Virus record (IMG/VR): IMGVR_UViG_3300002835_000148
Length of the DNA: 64,000 bases
From: a virus
Reading direction: 5' to 3' (one strand)
The translations under genes and the position numbers were made by a program. The notes below the pieces were generated by a model. That model worked only from the letters and a program-made list of their open reading frames with translations, did no database searches and was not told the DNA's origin. Each line of letters starts with the position of its first letter. Position 1 is the first letter of the stretch. This document shows, in pieces, positions 9,370-19,240 of the stretch.

Positions 9370-10011
9370 ATGAGCTTAACATACGCGCAGTTGTCCACCG
9401 CTATTCAGCAATACACTCAGGTCAATGAGACAAGTTTTATTGCTAACATACCTAACTTTGTCCAAAACACAGAGGTCATTGTTAACAATGCGGTGCAACT
9501 GCCTGCGTCTAGGCAAACTGCTACGCTTACGGCCACTGCTGGAAGCCAATATCTGACGCTTCCTACGGGATTTTTGTCGATGTTTTCTCTGGCAGTGTCT
9601 AGCCCCACAGAAGGCTACGTGTACCTTCTGAACAAGGATGTTAACTACATCACTGAAGCCTATCCATACCAGACCGCTCGCGGTCTCCCCGTTGCCTATG
9701 CGCTGAACAACGCATCTCAGATGATTCTTGGGCCAATCCCAAACAGTGCCTACTCCTTGGTCTTGAATTACTACGCTTACCCGCAGAGCATTGTAACCGC
9801 AGGAACTAGCTGGCTGGGAGAGAACTTCTCGAACGTACTTCTCTGGGGGTCTATAACAGAAGCCTATATTTACCTGAAAGGGGAAGCGGATTTGATCCAG
9901 ACCTATCAGGCTAAATTCCAAGAAGCTCTGGCAGAACTGAAACAGCTAGTCGATGGCAAAGATCGTGGCGATACATACCGCAGAGGGCAAGTTAGGGATA
10001 TGGTGACGTAA
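9370..10011 (+). CDS. hypothetical structural-module protein
   Basis: 213 aa. Tight spacing in the late operon. Confidence 0.6.
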   Translation: MSLTYAQLSTAIQQYTQVNETSFIANIPNFVQNTEVIVNNAVQLPASRQTATLTATAGSQYLTLPTGFLSMFSLAVSSPTEGYVYLLNKDVNYITEAYPYQTARGLPVAYALNNASQMILGPIPNSAYSLVLNYYAYPQSIVTAGTSWLGENFSNVLLWGSITEAYIYLKGEADLIQTYQAKFQEALAELKQLVDGKDRGDTYRRGQVRDMVT

Positions 10012-10445
10012 TGGCTATTTACCAGACTGTCGTATCTACATTCAAAAGTGAACTGCTGAGCGGGGTGCATGACTTCGCTTCTGGCGGAAGCACTTTCAAA
10101 ATTGCCCTGTACTCGTCTATGGCTAATCTTGACTCGGCTACAGTGAGCTATACCGGAACTACAGGTGAAGTTCCCAACGGAAGCGGATATACTACAGGCG
10201 GAAAGACGTTAACAGGTCAGTCTATTACAGCATCAGGAACCGTTAGCTTTGTTGATTTTTCTGATGTTTCATGGATGGGCGCGTCGTTCTCCGCCGCAGG
10301 TGCTTTGATTTATAATGACTCTGCTGTCGGAAAGCCTGCTGTCCTCGTGCTCAATTTTGGTGGAACCTATCTGTCTACTAGCAGCACTTTTACAGTGAGC
10401 TTCCCCAACGCAACTAGCACTACGGCGCTTCTGATACTTAACTAA
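10011..10445 (+). CDS. hypothetical structural-module protein
   Basis: 144 aa. TAATG overlap. S/T/G-rich. Confidence 0.6.
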   Translation: MAIYQTVVSTFKSELLSGVHDFASGGSTFKIALYSSMANLDSATVSYTGTTGEVPNGSGYTTGGKTLTGQSITASGTVSFVDFSDVSWMGASFSAAGALIYNDSAVGKPAVLVLNFGGTYLSTSSTFTVSFPNATSTTALLILN

Positions 10446-10465
10446 CGAGCATAAAAGGCCGCACA

Positions 10466-10621
10466 ATGAAAGAAATATCTCTGTTCCTTACCGTCGATGA
10501 AGTCAACGCTATTCTGGCTGTGTTGGGTGATCTACCTACCAAGTCAGGGGCGTTTCCTCTGGTCATAAAGATCAAGGAGCAGGCTGAAGAGCAGGTAAAG
10601 TCTGACGAAAGCGAAGCGTAA
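10466..10621 (+). CDS. small hypothetical protein
   Basis: 51 aa, below the ORF-track cutoff. Hand-translated MKEISLFLTVDEVNAILAVLGDLP... with an acidic tail. Confidence 0.4.
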   Translation: MKEISLFLTVDEVNAILAVLGDLPTKSGAFPLVIKIKEQAEEQVKSDESEA

Positions 10622-10632
10622 GGAGTAACGAG

Positions 10633-11004
10633 ATGGCCTTTGGCTTAAGTTCTAAGTCCTTGAAACGCCTTGAAGGGGTGCACCCTGACTTGGTGAAAGT
10701 CGTCAAACGCGCTATTGAGATCACACCTATTGATTTCGTAGTAATTGAGGGCTTACGGACGAAAGAACGCCAGCACTATCTGGTAGCCAAAGGTGCATCC
10801 CAAACCATGAACTCCTACCATCTCACAGGCCATGCAGTAGACATAGCGCCACTCGTAGATGGGCAAGCTAGTTGGGATTGGAAGTATTACCATCAGTTAG
10901 CCCCTGCTATTAAACAAGCAGCTAAAGAGTTGGGTGTAGACATCACTTGGGGCGGTGATTGGCGAAAATTCAAAGATGGCCCGCATTGGCAGATACCGAG
11001 ATGA
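10633..11004 (+). CDS. endolysin, peptidase M15 (VanY / L-alanyl-D-glutamate peptidase type)
   Basis: 123 aa. SYHLTGHAVDIAP and DGPHWQ zinc-ligand motifs typical of M15 cell-wall peptidases. AAGGAG before ATG. Confidence 0.85.
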   Translation: MAFGLSSKSLKRLEGVHPDLVKVVKRAIEITPIDFVVIEGLRTKERQHYLVAKGASQTMNSYHLTGHAVDIAPLVDGQASWDWKYYHQLAPAIKQAAKELGVDITWGGDWRKFKDGPHWQIPR

Positions 11005-11186
11005 AATTAAACCCTTTAGCAAGTTGGCTGCTAGATAGACTACGAGAGAAATCTACATGGTATGCCGTGCTGGGCCTTTTGGCCGCCTTAGATGTTCACT
11101 TCAACCCTGAACTTACGCAAAATATAACCGAGTTAGCTGTAGCTGTCGCTAGTGTGATAGCTTTCGTAACCAAAGAGGAAAAATAA
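11001..11186 (+). CDS. holin-like small membrane protein
   Basis: 61 aa starting at an ATG that overlaps the endolysin stop (ATGA). Two hydrophobic segments (WYAVLGLLAAL, LAVAVASVIAFV). Same frame as ORF-track 10959..11186. Confidence 0.5.
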   Translation: MKLNPLASWLLDRLREKSTWYAVLGLLAALDVHFNPELTQNITELAVAVASVIAFVTKEEK

Positions 11187-12887
11187 ATGGCGTCTACTTA
11201 TTCCCCCAATCTTCGCATTGAACTCATCGGTTACGGCGAACAGAACAACACATGGGGTACTACGACCAATACCAACCTTGGTACGCTGATTGAGCAGTCG
11301 ATTGCTGGTCAAGCTGCTATAAATGTAACCGCAGGAGATGTACCCCTGTCGGTTGCCAATGGCGCTACTGACCAAGCTCGTCAGATGATTTTGGGAATTA
11401 CAGGTACTCCGGGCACTGCTCGAACTGTCACTGCCCCCAGTGTTAGCAAGGTATATGTAGTAGCTAACGGATCAAATGCTACTGTTACTGTAAAAACAGC
11501 CGCAGGCACGGGTGTTCCAGTTTCTGCTGGTAAAGCTAAATTTGTTTACTGCAATGGTACGGACTTCTATGAAGCTACCACTGAGCAGGCCAGCGCAGCT
11601 ATTACGAACCTCACTGTATCAGGCAATACCATACTAGGCGATGCGTCAGCAGATACTGTGACTATCAACGGAACAGTTCAGCCCGGTGTGGTTATATCTG
11701 GGTCTTCTAGCTCTAATGCCTTACGAATCACGCAGACTGGTTCGGGCAATGCTCTGGTGGTAGAGGATGACACTAATCCTGATAGCAGCCCGTTCGTTGT
11801 TGAAGCGACTGGCGATGTTTTGATTGGAACAGCTACATCTATTGCGGGAGCATTTTCGGATACAGGAAAGTTACAGGTAGCAACAAATACTGGCGAAGCA
11901 ACACAACACAATTATGCGTTCCTAAGTAACCCGAATGGGTCAATTATTTATCTTAACAAGTCCCGTTCAGGTACAATCGGCGCTAACACAATAGTCCAGA
12001 ACGCTGATATTCTTGGGCAATTAGTGTTTGCAGGTGCGGACGGGTCATCTTACACAAGGGGAGCGGCTATCATAGCGGAAGTAGACGGCACCCCCGGCAC
12101 TAACGATATGCCCGGAAGGTTGGTGTTCAGCACTACAGCGGATGGCGCTTCCTCCCCTACAGAACGGATGAGGATTGATAACGCGGGGCGCGTAGGCATT
12201 AACGGCACGATCAGCACCGCCGCTTTACTTTCCTTAAGAGGAACATACCCTACAGACTCAGTTGCCGCATGCACAGTAGCTAATATCCAAGGTACTATTC
12301 CTAGTACCGTAACAGGAACATATAACGGCGTCTTTAATTTCCCAAGCACTGCTGCGAGTACAGCACTTACCACATTCAGAGGTTTTTCTTCCGCATTACA
12401 GACACTGGGCGCTTCTTCAACAATATCTGTAATGCAGGGCTTTTATGCTGACTCATCGTTGGTATCAGGTACTACCAATTACGGCTTCTACTCGAATATA
12501 GCTACCGCTTCAGGCCGCTACAACTTTTACGCTGCTGGCACTGCTGACAACTTTTTCCAAGGCCCGATTAAAAGCAATGGTACTGTAGCTGGCGGGTATT
12601 TCGCCCATTCAGCAGGTACGACCGCAATGATGCTTGGTTCTTATAATGTGGTCAAAGTAACGCCAAACGCAACGGCAACTTATACTACTACTGTAGCTCC
12701 GGCAGGTGCTGAATCTTCCATTATCATCGTGACGAGCGGCACGACATCTTACACCATTACCTTCGGTACGGGGTTCTTAACAACGGGCACACTGGCTACT
12801 GGCACTGTCACGGCTAAGACTTTCGTTGTAAACTTCGTATCAGATGGTACCACTATGATCGAAACTTCTCGCACTGTAGCGATGTAA
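11187..12887 (+). CDS. tail fibre protein
   Basis: 566 aa. N-terminal YSPNLRIELIGYGEQNNTWGTTTNTNLGTLIEQSIAG is typical of fibre N-termini (from memory). The remainder is T/G/A/S-rich. Confidence 0.65.
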   Translation: MASTYSPNLRIELIGYGEQNNTWGTTTNTNLGTLIEQSIAGQAAINVTAGDVPLSVANGATDQARQMILGITGTPGTARTVTAPSVSKVYVVANGSNATVTVKTAAGTGVPVSAGKAKFVYCNGTDFYEATTEQASAAITNLTVSGNTILGDASADTVTINGTVQPGVVISGSSSSNALRITQTGSGNALVVEDDTNPDSSPFVVEATGDVLIGTATSIAGAFSDTGKLQVATNTGEATQHNYAFLSNPNGSIIYLNKSRSGTIGANTIVQNADILGQLVFAGADGSSYTRGAAIIAEVDGTPGTNDMPGRLVFSTTADGASSPTERMRIDNAGRVGINGTISTAALLSLRGTYPTDSVAACTVANIQGTIPSTVTGTYNGVFNFPSTAASTALTTFRGFSSALQTLGASSTISVMQGFYADSSLVSGTTNYGFYSNIATASGRYNFYAAGTADNFFQGPIKSNGTVAGGYFAHSAGTTAMMLGSYNVVKVTPNATATYTTTVAPAGAESSIIIVTSGTTSYTITFGTGFLTTGTLATGTVTAKTFVVNFVSDGTTMIETSRTVAM

Positions 12888-12903
12888 TTTAGAGGAAACA
12901 CAA

Positions 12904-13257
12904 ATGGCAATATCAATCGAATGGATCGTTACCCGTCTTGAAGTAATACACAAAGACGGCCTTGAAAATGTAGCTGTTCAGGCATGTTTCGATGTCGAAG
13001 GATCAGATGGAGACCTAAAAGGGTTTACGCAGAGTGATGTGTCTTTCGCTAGTACCGATCCAGCTACGTTCACGCCTATCGAGCAAGTAACGAAGGAGCA
13101 GGCTGCCGCATGGGTAAAGAAGGCTCTAGGTAGTCGCGTTACGGAGTTTGAAGACCGCGTTATAGAACAGATTGAAAGACAGCGTGCCCCACAACCTAAG
13201 TCAATCGACCTGCCGTGGATGGCGGCCAGCGAGCCTGAACAGGCACCATTGGGTTAA
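12904..13257 (+). CDS. hypothetical protein between fibre genes
   Basis: 117 aa, acidic. Possible fibre accessory factor by position only. Confidence 0.5.
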   Translation: MAISIEWIVTRLEVIHKDGLENVAVQACFDVEGSDGDLKGFTQSDVSFASTDPATFTPIEQVTKEQAAAWVKKALGSRVTEFEDRVIEQIERQRAPQPKSIDLPWMAASEPEQAPLG

Positions 13258-13260
13258 GCT

Positions 13261-14316
13261 ATGTCAAATCTATCCAACCAGCAAATAAACCAAACCTTCA
13301 ACGGTTTACTCCAAGTCCCCGGAGGAGTTACTTCTGCCCTGCAAACGGTGCAGGATGGTAACGGTGCAAGCACTCAGCTAAAAGTAAGCACCACGCAGGT
13401 TCAGGTCGGACTCGTAAACTCTGGGGATATTCTTCAAGTGCCGGGCGGTGTTACCTCCCAGCTTAAAACTGTTTATGATGGGGACAATGTAGCTACGGGG
13501 CTGCAAATAAGCACGACTGGAATTAACGCTGCTTACGCTCAACAGGACTACGGCAGCTATGCCAACTACGTTGAGTCACAGACTATGACGTGGATAGCAC
13601 ACCGTGGCGGTGCGGGTATGGCTCCTGAAGACACGATGTCTTCTTTTGCGAATGGTATCGCACTGGGCAGTAAAATAATCGAGTGTGATGTGCAGATCAG
13701 CTTAGACAACGTACCTGTAATCATCCACGACTCTACTGTGGATCGTACTACCAATGGCACAGGCGCAGTCGCAGCATTGAATTACTATAGCTACATGCGC
13801 GGGCTGGATGCTGGATCATTCTTTAACGCAAAGTTTAGTGACAGCTACATCCCTACACTAGACGAATACTTCGCACTATGTCGGGCGCGTAACGCGCTTG
13901 CAATGCCTGAAATCAAAGGGTATAAAACCCAGAGCAATATCCAGCTTATGCTGGATAGTATGAATAACAACAACTGCCAACCGATTACGTGCTGGCAGTC
14001 TTTCAATTTTTCTGATCTACAGTACGTTAGAAATTTAGACGCTACTGTTAGCTTAGCCTATCTTTATACACCAACAACGCAGGCACAGTTGGACACTGTT
14101 ATCGCTCAGTTAATTGCTCTCGGTGGCCCAGTAGAACTTGCCTGTAGTTATAGCACTGTACTAGCGAATCCCAGTATTACTTGGGTGTCATCAACAAGCG
14201 CAGCTAACATTAAGTTAACAGTTTGGACTGTAGACAGCCCGTATATTGCCAAGCAACTTATGGACTTAGGTATAAATCGAATTATGTCTAATTACTATCT
14301 GGGGAGTATTATTTAA
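13261..14316 (+). CDS. tail fibre/spike with glycerophosphodiester phosphodiesterase (GDPD) domain
   Basis: 351 aa. N-terminus has two LQVPGGVTSxLxTVxDG repeats. From about aa 112, WIAHRGGAGMAPEDT..IECDVQISLDNVPVIIHDSTVDRTTNGTG matches GDPD family motifs. Confidence 0.75.
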   Translation: MSNLSNQQINQTFNGLLQVPGGVTSALQTVQDGNGASTQLKVSTTQVQVGLVNSGDILQVPGGVTSQLKTVYDGDNVATGLQISTTGINAAYAQQDYGSYANYVESQTMTWIAHRGGAGMAPEDTMSSFANGIALGSKIIECDVQISLDNVPVIIHDSTVDRTTNGTGAVAALNYYSYMRGLDAGSFFNAKFSDSYIPTLDEYFALCRARNALAMPEIKGYKTQSNIQLMLDSMNNNNCQPITCWQSFNFSDLQYVRNLDATVSLAYLYTPTTQAQLDTVIAQLIALGGPVELACSYSTVLANPSITWVSSTSAANIKLTVWTVDSPYIAKQLMDLGINRIMSNYYLGSII

Positions 14317-15464
14317 TGGCTATAGCAGCAGCAAATGTATGGACGCAATGGCAGTTACAAGGGTCAGGCGGGTCATACACCATAGACTCTTCTGGAGTTC
14401 TAAACATAATTGACGGCTCCACAAGCACTAATCAATCATTGTATCTGACGATTAACGTGCAAGGTGGGGATGAAATAGAATTTTCATGTAAAGCCAAAGC
14501 TAACTCCGGCCAAGGTCGGCAGTGGATTAACTATGGTTCCATCGGGAGTGCTTCTGGCGGAAAGCCAGAAATGATTATAGCTAACAACGCTGATTATCGA
14601 CCATCTGTGCTGAAAGCTGTTGTTCCAGCGTCTTTCGATATTACAACGTGCTACATTGGCGTTGGGTGCACCACTCCAGATATTGGTGATATTTCTGTGA
14701 TGGAGCCTGTTGTAACTCTCAATGGCACGCAGATTTACTTTGGGATTGACCCTAATAGCAATACCATTCGCTTTAACGCAACCACAACGCCTAATCGTAC
14801 TATTGTTGCACAATCATCATTTGTTGATGTAAACGGCGGTTATAATGGCTTGTACGCTAGCATTGGCTCACTTAACCCCGCTCTAAAAATGGTGGGGGGC
14901 ACCAATGAAACTACGACTTTTGGTATCGCCCAATATGCTGATGATGCGGCAAGCGGGACAATCCGCTTCGGTAAAACGCGCACCGCAGTCCCCGGAGATA
15001 CACCAATCGCAACCGTCTTAAACGATTCTATAGGCGCAATAGACGCTAATGGCGATAATGGTACGGGATTTGTCCCCGGCGCTCGTATAGATTTTCTTCA
15101 AGATGGCGTAGCAGCGGCGTTTGTACCGACGGCAATTCGTTTTAGATGCAGCACGGATGTAGCTGATAGGACTACTCGTCTTACTATATCTTCAGATGGT
15201 AATTTACGCCCCGGTGCTAATAACGTGCAAGGCTTTGGCACTACTTCTCTGAGGTGGGCTAATGCCTATATCAATAATGTCTATAGCGCTAACTTTTATC
15301 CGGGTTCTTCTGGTACTGTTATATGGACTTCCGGTTTCGGCTCTCCTGAAGGAGTAGTGGCTGCGCCTGTGGGGTCTTTGTATACAAGGACGAATGGTGG
15401 TGCTGGTTCTACTTTATTTGTTAAAGAGACAGGGGTAGGCGACACTGGATGGGTAGCCAAATAA
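14316..15464 (+). CDS. tail fibre / receptor-binding protein
   Basis: 382 aa. TAATG overlap. C-terminal SLYTRTNGGAGSTLFVKETGVGDTGWVAK resembles a conserved fibre C-terminal motif (from memory). Confidence 0.55.
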   Translation: MAIAAANVWTQWQLQGSGGSYTIDSSGVLNIIDGSTSTNQSLYLTINVQGGDEIEFSCKAKANSGQGRQWINYGSIGSASGGKPEMIIANNADYRPSVLKAVVPASFDITTCYIGVGCTTPDIGDISVMEPVVTLNGTQIYFGIDPNSNTIRFNATTTPNRTIVAQSSFVDVNGGYNGLYASIGSLNPALKMVGGTNETTTFGIAQYADDAASGTIRFGKTRTAVPGDTPIATVLNDSIGAIDANGDNGTGFVPGARIDFLQDGVAAAFVPTAIRFRCSTDVADRTTRLTISSDGNLRPGANNVQGFGTTSLRWANAYINNVYSANFYPGSSGTVIWTSGFGSPEGVVAAPVGSLYTRTNGGAGSTLFVKETGVGDTGWVAK

Positions 15465-15502
15465 CGCGGCTGCATACTTTTGAAAGCTGAATAGGAATCC
15501 AC

Positions 15503-17320
15503 GTGCCCTTACAAAAAGTCCAATTTAGACCCGGTATCTCCAGAGAATCCACCAACTACGCCAATGAAGGCGGGTGGTACGAGTGCGACAAAGTGCGCTT
15601 TCGCTCTGGGGCACCGGAAAAGCTAGGGGGCTGGGCATGGCAAGGTGACGAAGAGTATTTAGGTATTTGCCGCCATCTAAACGAATGGACTTCTCTCTCA
15701 GGGTACTACTTGCTGGGCGTAGGCACTCACACCAATTTCTACATTTGGGTGCGCGAAAACTTTTATGATATTACTCCTTCGGGGCTAACTCCCGGCCTGC
15801 CCATAAATGAGTACGCCGCTGGCTGGGGTGTTGGACACTGGGGTACAGGGCATGGGTGGGGCACGCCGTCTCCTAGCACTTACTCTCCTACGGTTACGGT
15901 CACTAGGCTGCGTACGTGGAGTGGGGACAACTTCGGGGAAGACCTCGTTTACAACCCAGCCAACCTGCCGATTTACTATTGGGATGCTTCTGTCAATCTG
16001 GACTCAAATGGGGTAGTGACTGGGGCGGGGGTAAATGTAAGGTTCCTACCGGGTGCTGACCTATGCGCTCCTTCTATAGCGTCTTGGGCTTTTGTCACCG
16101 AGGAGCGGCATATTGTTGCGCTAGGGGCTAATGTAACGATTCCGGTTTTAGCTGAGACTATTGTTATTGACACAAATTACACCATAGCAGAAGTTGGTAA
16201 CACAAATTTTATCCCTCTTGGAGCAGCATCTAATACCATCGGGGTTAGCTTTACCGCTATCTTGTCAGGGTCTACGGTAGCAGGCACTACGGGTACTGTT
16301 GTTAGTACAAACACTGCTCAGCAGCCCATGATGGTTAGCTGGTGCTCGCAAGAAAATCCTTTGATATGGAATCCATCTGACATCACAAACACTGCGGGCA
16401 ATCAACTGCTGTCCATAGGTAGCCGCCTCATAACAGCGGAGAAAACGCGCCAAGAGTATTTGCTTTGGTCTGACGCTGCTCTGTACTCTATGCGCTATCT
16501 GGGTGCTCCGTATGTCTTTGGGTTCAATGTTATCTCAGCATCAATAAGCATCGCGTCCCCCAATGCCAAGGCTAGTGCAGCAGGTATGACTTTCTGGATG
16601 GGGGTAAACAAATTCTATGTATACACAGGAAGAGTGGATTCTCTCCCGTGCTCTTTGTATCAGTATGTCTTTTCAGATATAAACGCCGAGCAGCTAGACA
16701 TGGTGTACGCAGGCACAAACGAGCGCTACAACGAAGTGTGGTGGCACTACCCCTCCGCTGAGTCATTGGTCAATGATAGGTATGTTGTCTATAACTACTT
16801 AGAAAAACTCTGGTACTACGGCTCTTGGGATGCAGCGCAACAGCGCACGGCTTGGATGAACTCCACTCTGTTCAAATACCCTGTAGCGGCAGCGGGTGTT
16901 ACGGCGAGTGGGAAAGTGCTGTTCCACGAGTTAGGAGCTGATGATGGCTTTGATATTCCGGCGGTTGCTATCGACGCTTATATTCGTAGTGCAGACTTTG
17001 ACTTGGGTGAGGGCGATAGCTTTTCATTCATCAAGCGTATCATTCATGACGTAGATTTTATTGGGTCTGATACCACTGCTCCTGTTGCTGATGTTACGTT
17101 ATCAGTGAGAAACTATCCGGGCCAAGCTAATTTTATGCAGTCGAATGACGCCGTTGTGGACGGCTCTGAAGTTACCATTCAGGTATACGAGTACACTCCT
17201 GATACGTGGCTCAGACTGAGAGGCAGGCAGGCTTCCTTCCGCATAGAAAGTGATGGCTTAGGCGTTCGCTGGCAGTTAGGTGTTCCTCGATTAGACATTA
17301 AGGCTGATGGCCGCAGGTAG
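15503..17320 (+). CDS. tail structural protein (tube/nozzle-like, tentative)
   Basis: 605 aa. GTG start per ORF track. N-terminal FRPGISRESTNYANEGGWYECDKVRFRSGAPEKLGGW recalls podovirus tail proteins from memory. Confidence 0.45.
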   Translation: MPLQKVQFRPGISRESTNYANEGGWYECDKVRFRSGAPEKLGGWAWQGDEEYLGICRHLNEWTSLSGYYLLGVGTHTNFYIWVRENFYDITPSGLTPGLPINEYAAGWGVGHWGTGHGWGTPSPSTYSPTVTVTRLRTWSGDNFGEDLVYNPANLPIYYWDASVNLDSNGVVTGAGVNVRFLPGADLCAPSIASWAFVTEERHIVALGANVTIPVLAETIVIDTNYTIAEVGNTNFIPLGAASNTIGVSFTAILSGSTVAGTTGTVVSTNTAQQPMMVSWCSQENPLIWNPSDITNTAGNQLLSIGSRLITAEKTRQEYLLWSDAALYSMRYLGAPYVFGFNVISASISIASPNAKASAAGMTFWMGVNKFYVYTGRVDSLPCSLYQYVFSDINAEQLDMVYAGTNERYNEVWWHYPSAESLVNDRYVVYNYLEKLWYYGSWDAAQQRTAWMNSTLFKYPVAAAGVTASGKVLFHELGADDGFDIPAVAIDAYIRSADFDLGEGDSFSFIKRIIHDVDFIGSDTTAPVADVTLSVRNYPGQANFMQSNDAVVDGSEVTIQVYEYTPDTWLRLRGRQASFRIESDGLGVRWQLGVPRLDIKADGRR

Positions 17321-17325
17321 ATAAA

Positions 17326-17559
17326 ATGGCTAATAACAACAACGTACCCAACTCAGTCCTCCCTCTGCCTCCTTTAGAATATGACACGCAGTATTTTAAC
17401 AGCCTCGTTCGCCAGCTCAATTACATAATCCAGCAACAGGCGAATCCGGGGCAGATGCGCGGGGCGACCCTGACTTTGACTAATTTACCTACTTCTGCCG
17501 CAGGGCTGCCTTCTGGCTCTATCTGGAATAACGCGGGCGTTTTGAACATTGTACCTTAG
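17326..17559 (+). CDS. small hypothetical protein
   Basis: 77 aa. Confidence 0.5.
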   Translation: MANNNNVPNSVLPLPPLEYDTQYFNSLVRQLNYIIQQQANPGQMRGATLTLTNLPTSAAGLPSGSIWNNAGVLNIVP

Positions 17560-17567
17560 AGGCAATC

Positions 17568-18809
17568 ATGTACGGACTTGAAAATCTTTTTAGCCAAGGA
17601 ATCACCGCTGTAGGAGCACCTGCACTATCCTCGTTTGTTAAGGAAGGCACGGGGGACATGATTGCTTCTGGGCTAAGTGGGCTGGATTTGAAACCGGATA
17701 CGCTCAAGCTGCTGGGAGATATAGGCAGTGGGACTCTTGGTGCTTTGTCTGGTGCAGCTCTTGGTGCGGGTCTTGGCGCTCTTACTGGAGGGCAGGCAGG
17801 CGCAGCGGGCGGTGCGGCTACAGGTTTGCTAAGTGGCGGCTGGGGTGCATACAAGTCCAAAGATATACAGGGTGCGCTGGGCAACCCCATGACGCAGCAG
17901 GGTGTGGCAAATACTGGGTTTGGTGTGACTCCAGAACAGTTAGCAAAGCCTCAAGCCTTTGGCGTATCCAATCAGCAGTTAGCAGGGCAAAACGCATCTA
18001 GCCCCATAGCAGAAGCGTTCAATAAACCTATTGGCGAAATGCCTTCTGAAGTAACGGCACCCACTGCCGTTGCCTCCACTCCTGCGGAAGCTGCACCCGC
18101 TTCTTCTGATGTAGACTTAGAAAAATACTTTGATATAGCAGGCAAGGGGGCACTGCCTGCATTTACACTTGGCTCTGGTATTGGCAGTAACATGGCGCTC
18201 AGCGACTACATGAGCGAGCAAGAACAGCAACTACAGCAGAAACGCCAGCAAGAAGCAGCCAAGTTAGCACAGTTGACTCAGGGATTATACAACTCTCCGG
18301 GCTATGCAGATGGCGGTGCGCTAGAAATTCATCCTCCCAACACTGATGCAACTATACGGTTCCCTGAGTGGTTTCTTGAAGACTACCAACGGTCAGGTGG
18401 CCTCGCTGCGCTGAAAGATCGCTTTGCTAACGGCGGCTTTATTCATACCCAGCCCATAGACCCTAACGCAGCGTACCCACAGTCACAAATAGCTCGCGCC
18501 ACTCCCTATCCAGCGGCCTCCCCTCAGCGGAGTGAAGTTGTAGATCATTACGAGCATGGGGGCTTGCTTGAGGGTGATGGAGATGGGATGAGCGACGATA
18601 TTCCCGCTAATATCTCAGGACAGGAAGATGTACGAGTCGCTGATGGCGAGTATGTTGTGCCTAAGAAAATAGCGGAATCTATGGAAGCTAAGTTAGACCG
18701 TATGCTCACAGCAGTACGAAGTGCCGCGCATTCGCATAAGGGCAAGCAGATTATTCAGGACGCTGCTAAAAAAGCCTTCATCCATGCTATGACCGGAGTT
18801 AAAGCCTAA
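17568..18809 (+). CDS. Gly/Ala/Gln-rich internal virion protein candidate
   Basis: 413 aa. Contains YADGG, FANGG and YEHGG motifs and DGEYVVPKKI. Confidence 0.55.
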   Translation: MYGLENLFSQGITAVGAPALSSFVKEGTGDMIASGLSGLDLKPDTLKLLGDIGSGTLGALSGAALGAGLGALTGGQAGAAGGAATGLLSGGWGAYKSKDIQGALGNPMTQQGVANTGFGVTPEQLAKPQAFGVSNQQLAGQNASSPIAEAFNKPIGEMPSEVTAPTAVASTPAEAAPASSDVDLEKYFDIAGKGALPAFTLGSGIGSNMALSDYMSEQEQQLQQKRQQEAAKLAQLTQGLYNSPGYADGGALEIHPPNTDATIRFPEWFLEDYQRSGGLAALKDRFANGGFIHTQPIDPNAAYPQSQIARATPYPAASPQRSEVVDHYEHGGLLEGDGDGMSDDIPANISGQEDVRVADGEYVVPKKIAESMEAKLDRMLTAVRSAAHSHKGKQIIQDAAKKAFIHAMTGVKA

Positions 18810-19240
18810 TGAACGCTGTAGCAAAAGGGGCGCACCTCGCTGAGCTGAAAGCCAGCATGCACAATGCGATAGACTCTGGCGAGCTTACCCAGATTGAAGC
18901 CCCGTTGGATCACTACCATACGCCCGGCTTATATGGCAGAAGAATCTATGTCCCTGCGGGGGCGACGGTTGTAACTAAGGTGCATAAATCAGAGCATATA
19001 ACGGTCGCGCTTAAAGGCCACTGCATTGTTGTAGATGAGCTAGGTAATAAGGCAGAGGTAATAGCCCCTGCGGTGTTTGTAACTAAACCCGGAACGCAGC
19101 GAGCAGTATACGCAATAACCGACGTAGAGTGGCTAACAGTCCATGCTTGTCAAGAGCAAGTGCTGGAAAAGATAGAAAATTTTTTGGTTTGTGATACTAT
19201 GACTGAATACAACAGTCTACAAATTGAGGATAAGTTATGA
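18809..19240 (+). CDS. hypothetical protein (cupin-like pattern, tentative)
   Basis: 143 aa. Sequence HYHTPGLYGRRIYVPAGATVVTKVHKSEH.. TAATG overlap. Confidence 0.5.
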   Translation: MNAVAKGAHLAELKASMHNAIDSGELTQIEAPLDHYHTPGLYGRRIYVPAGATVVTKVHKSEHITVALKGHCIVVDELGNKAEVIAPAVFVTKPGTQRAVYAITDVEWLTVHACQEQVLEKIENFLVCDTMTEYNSLQIEDKL

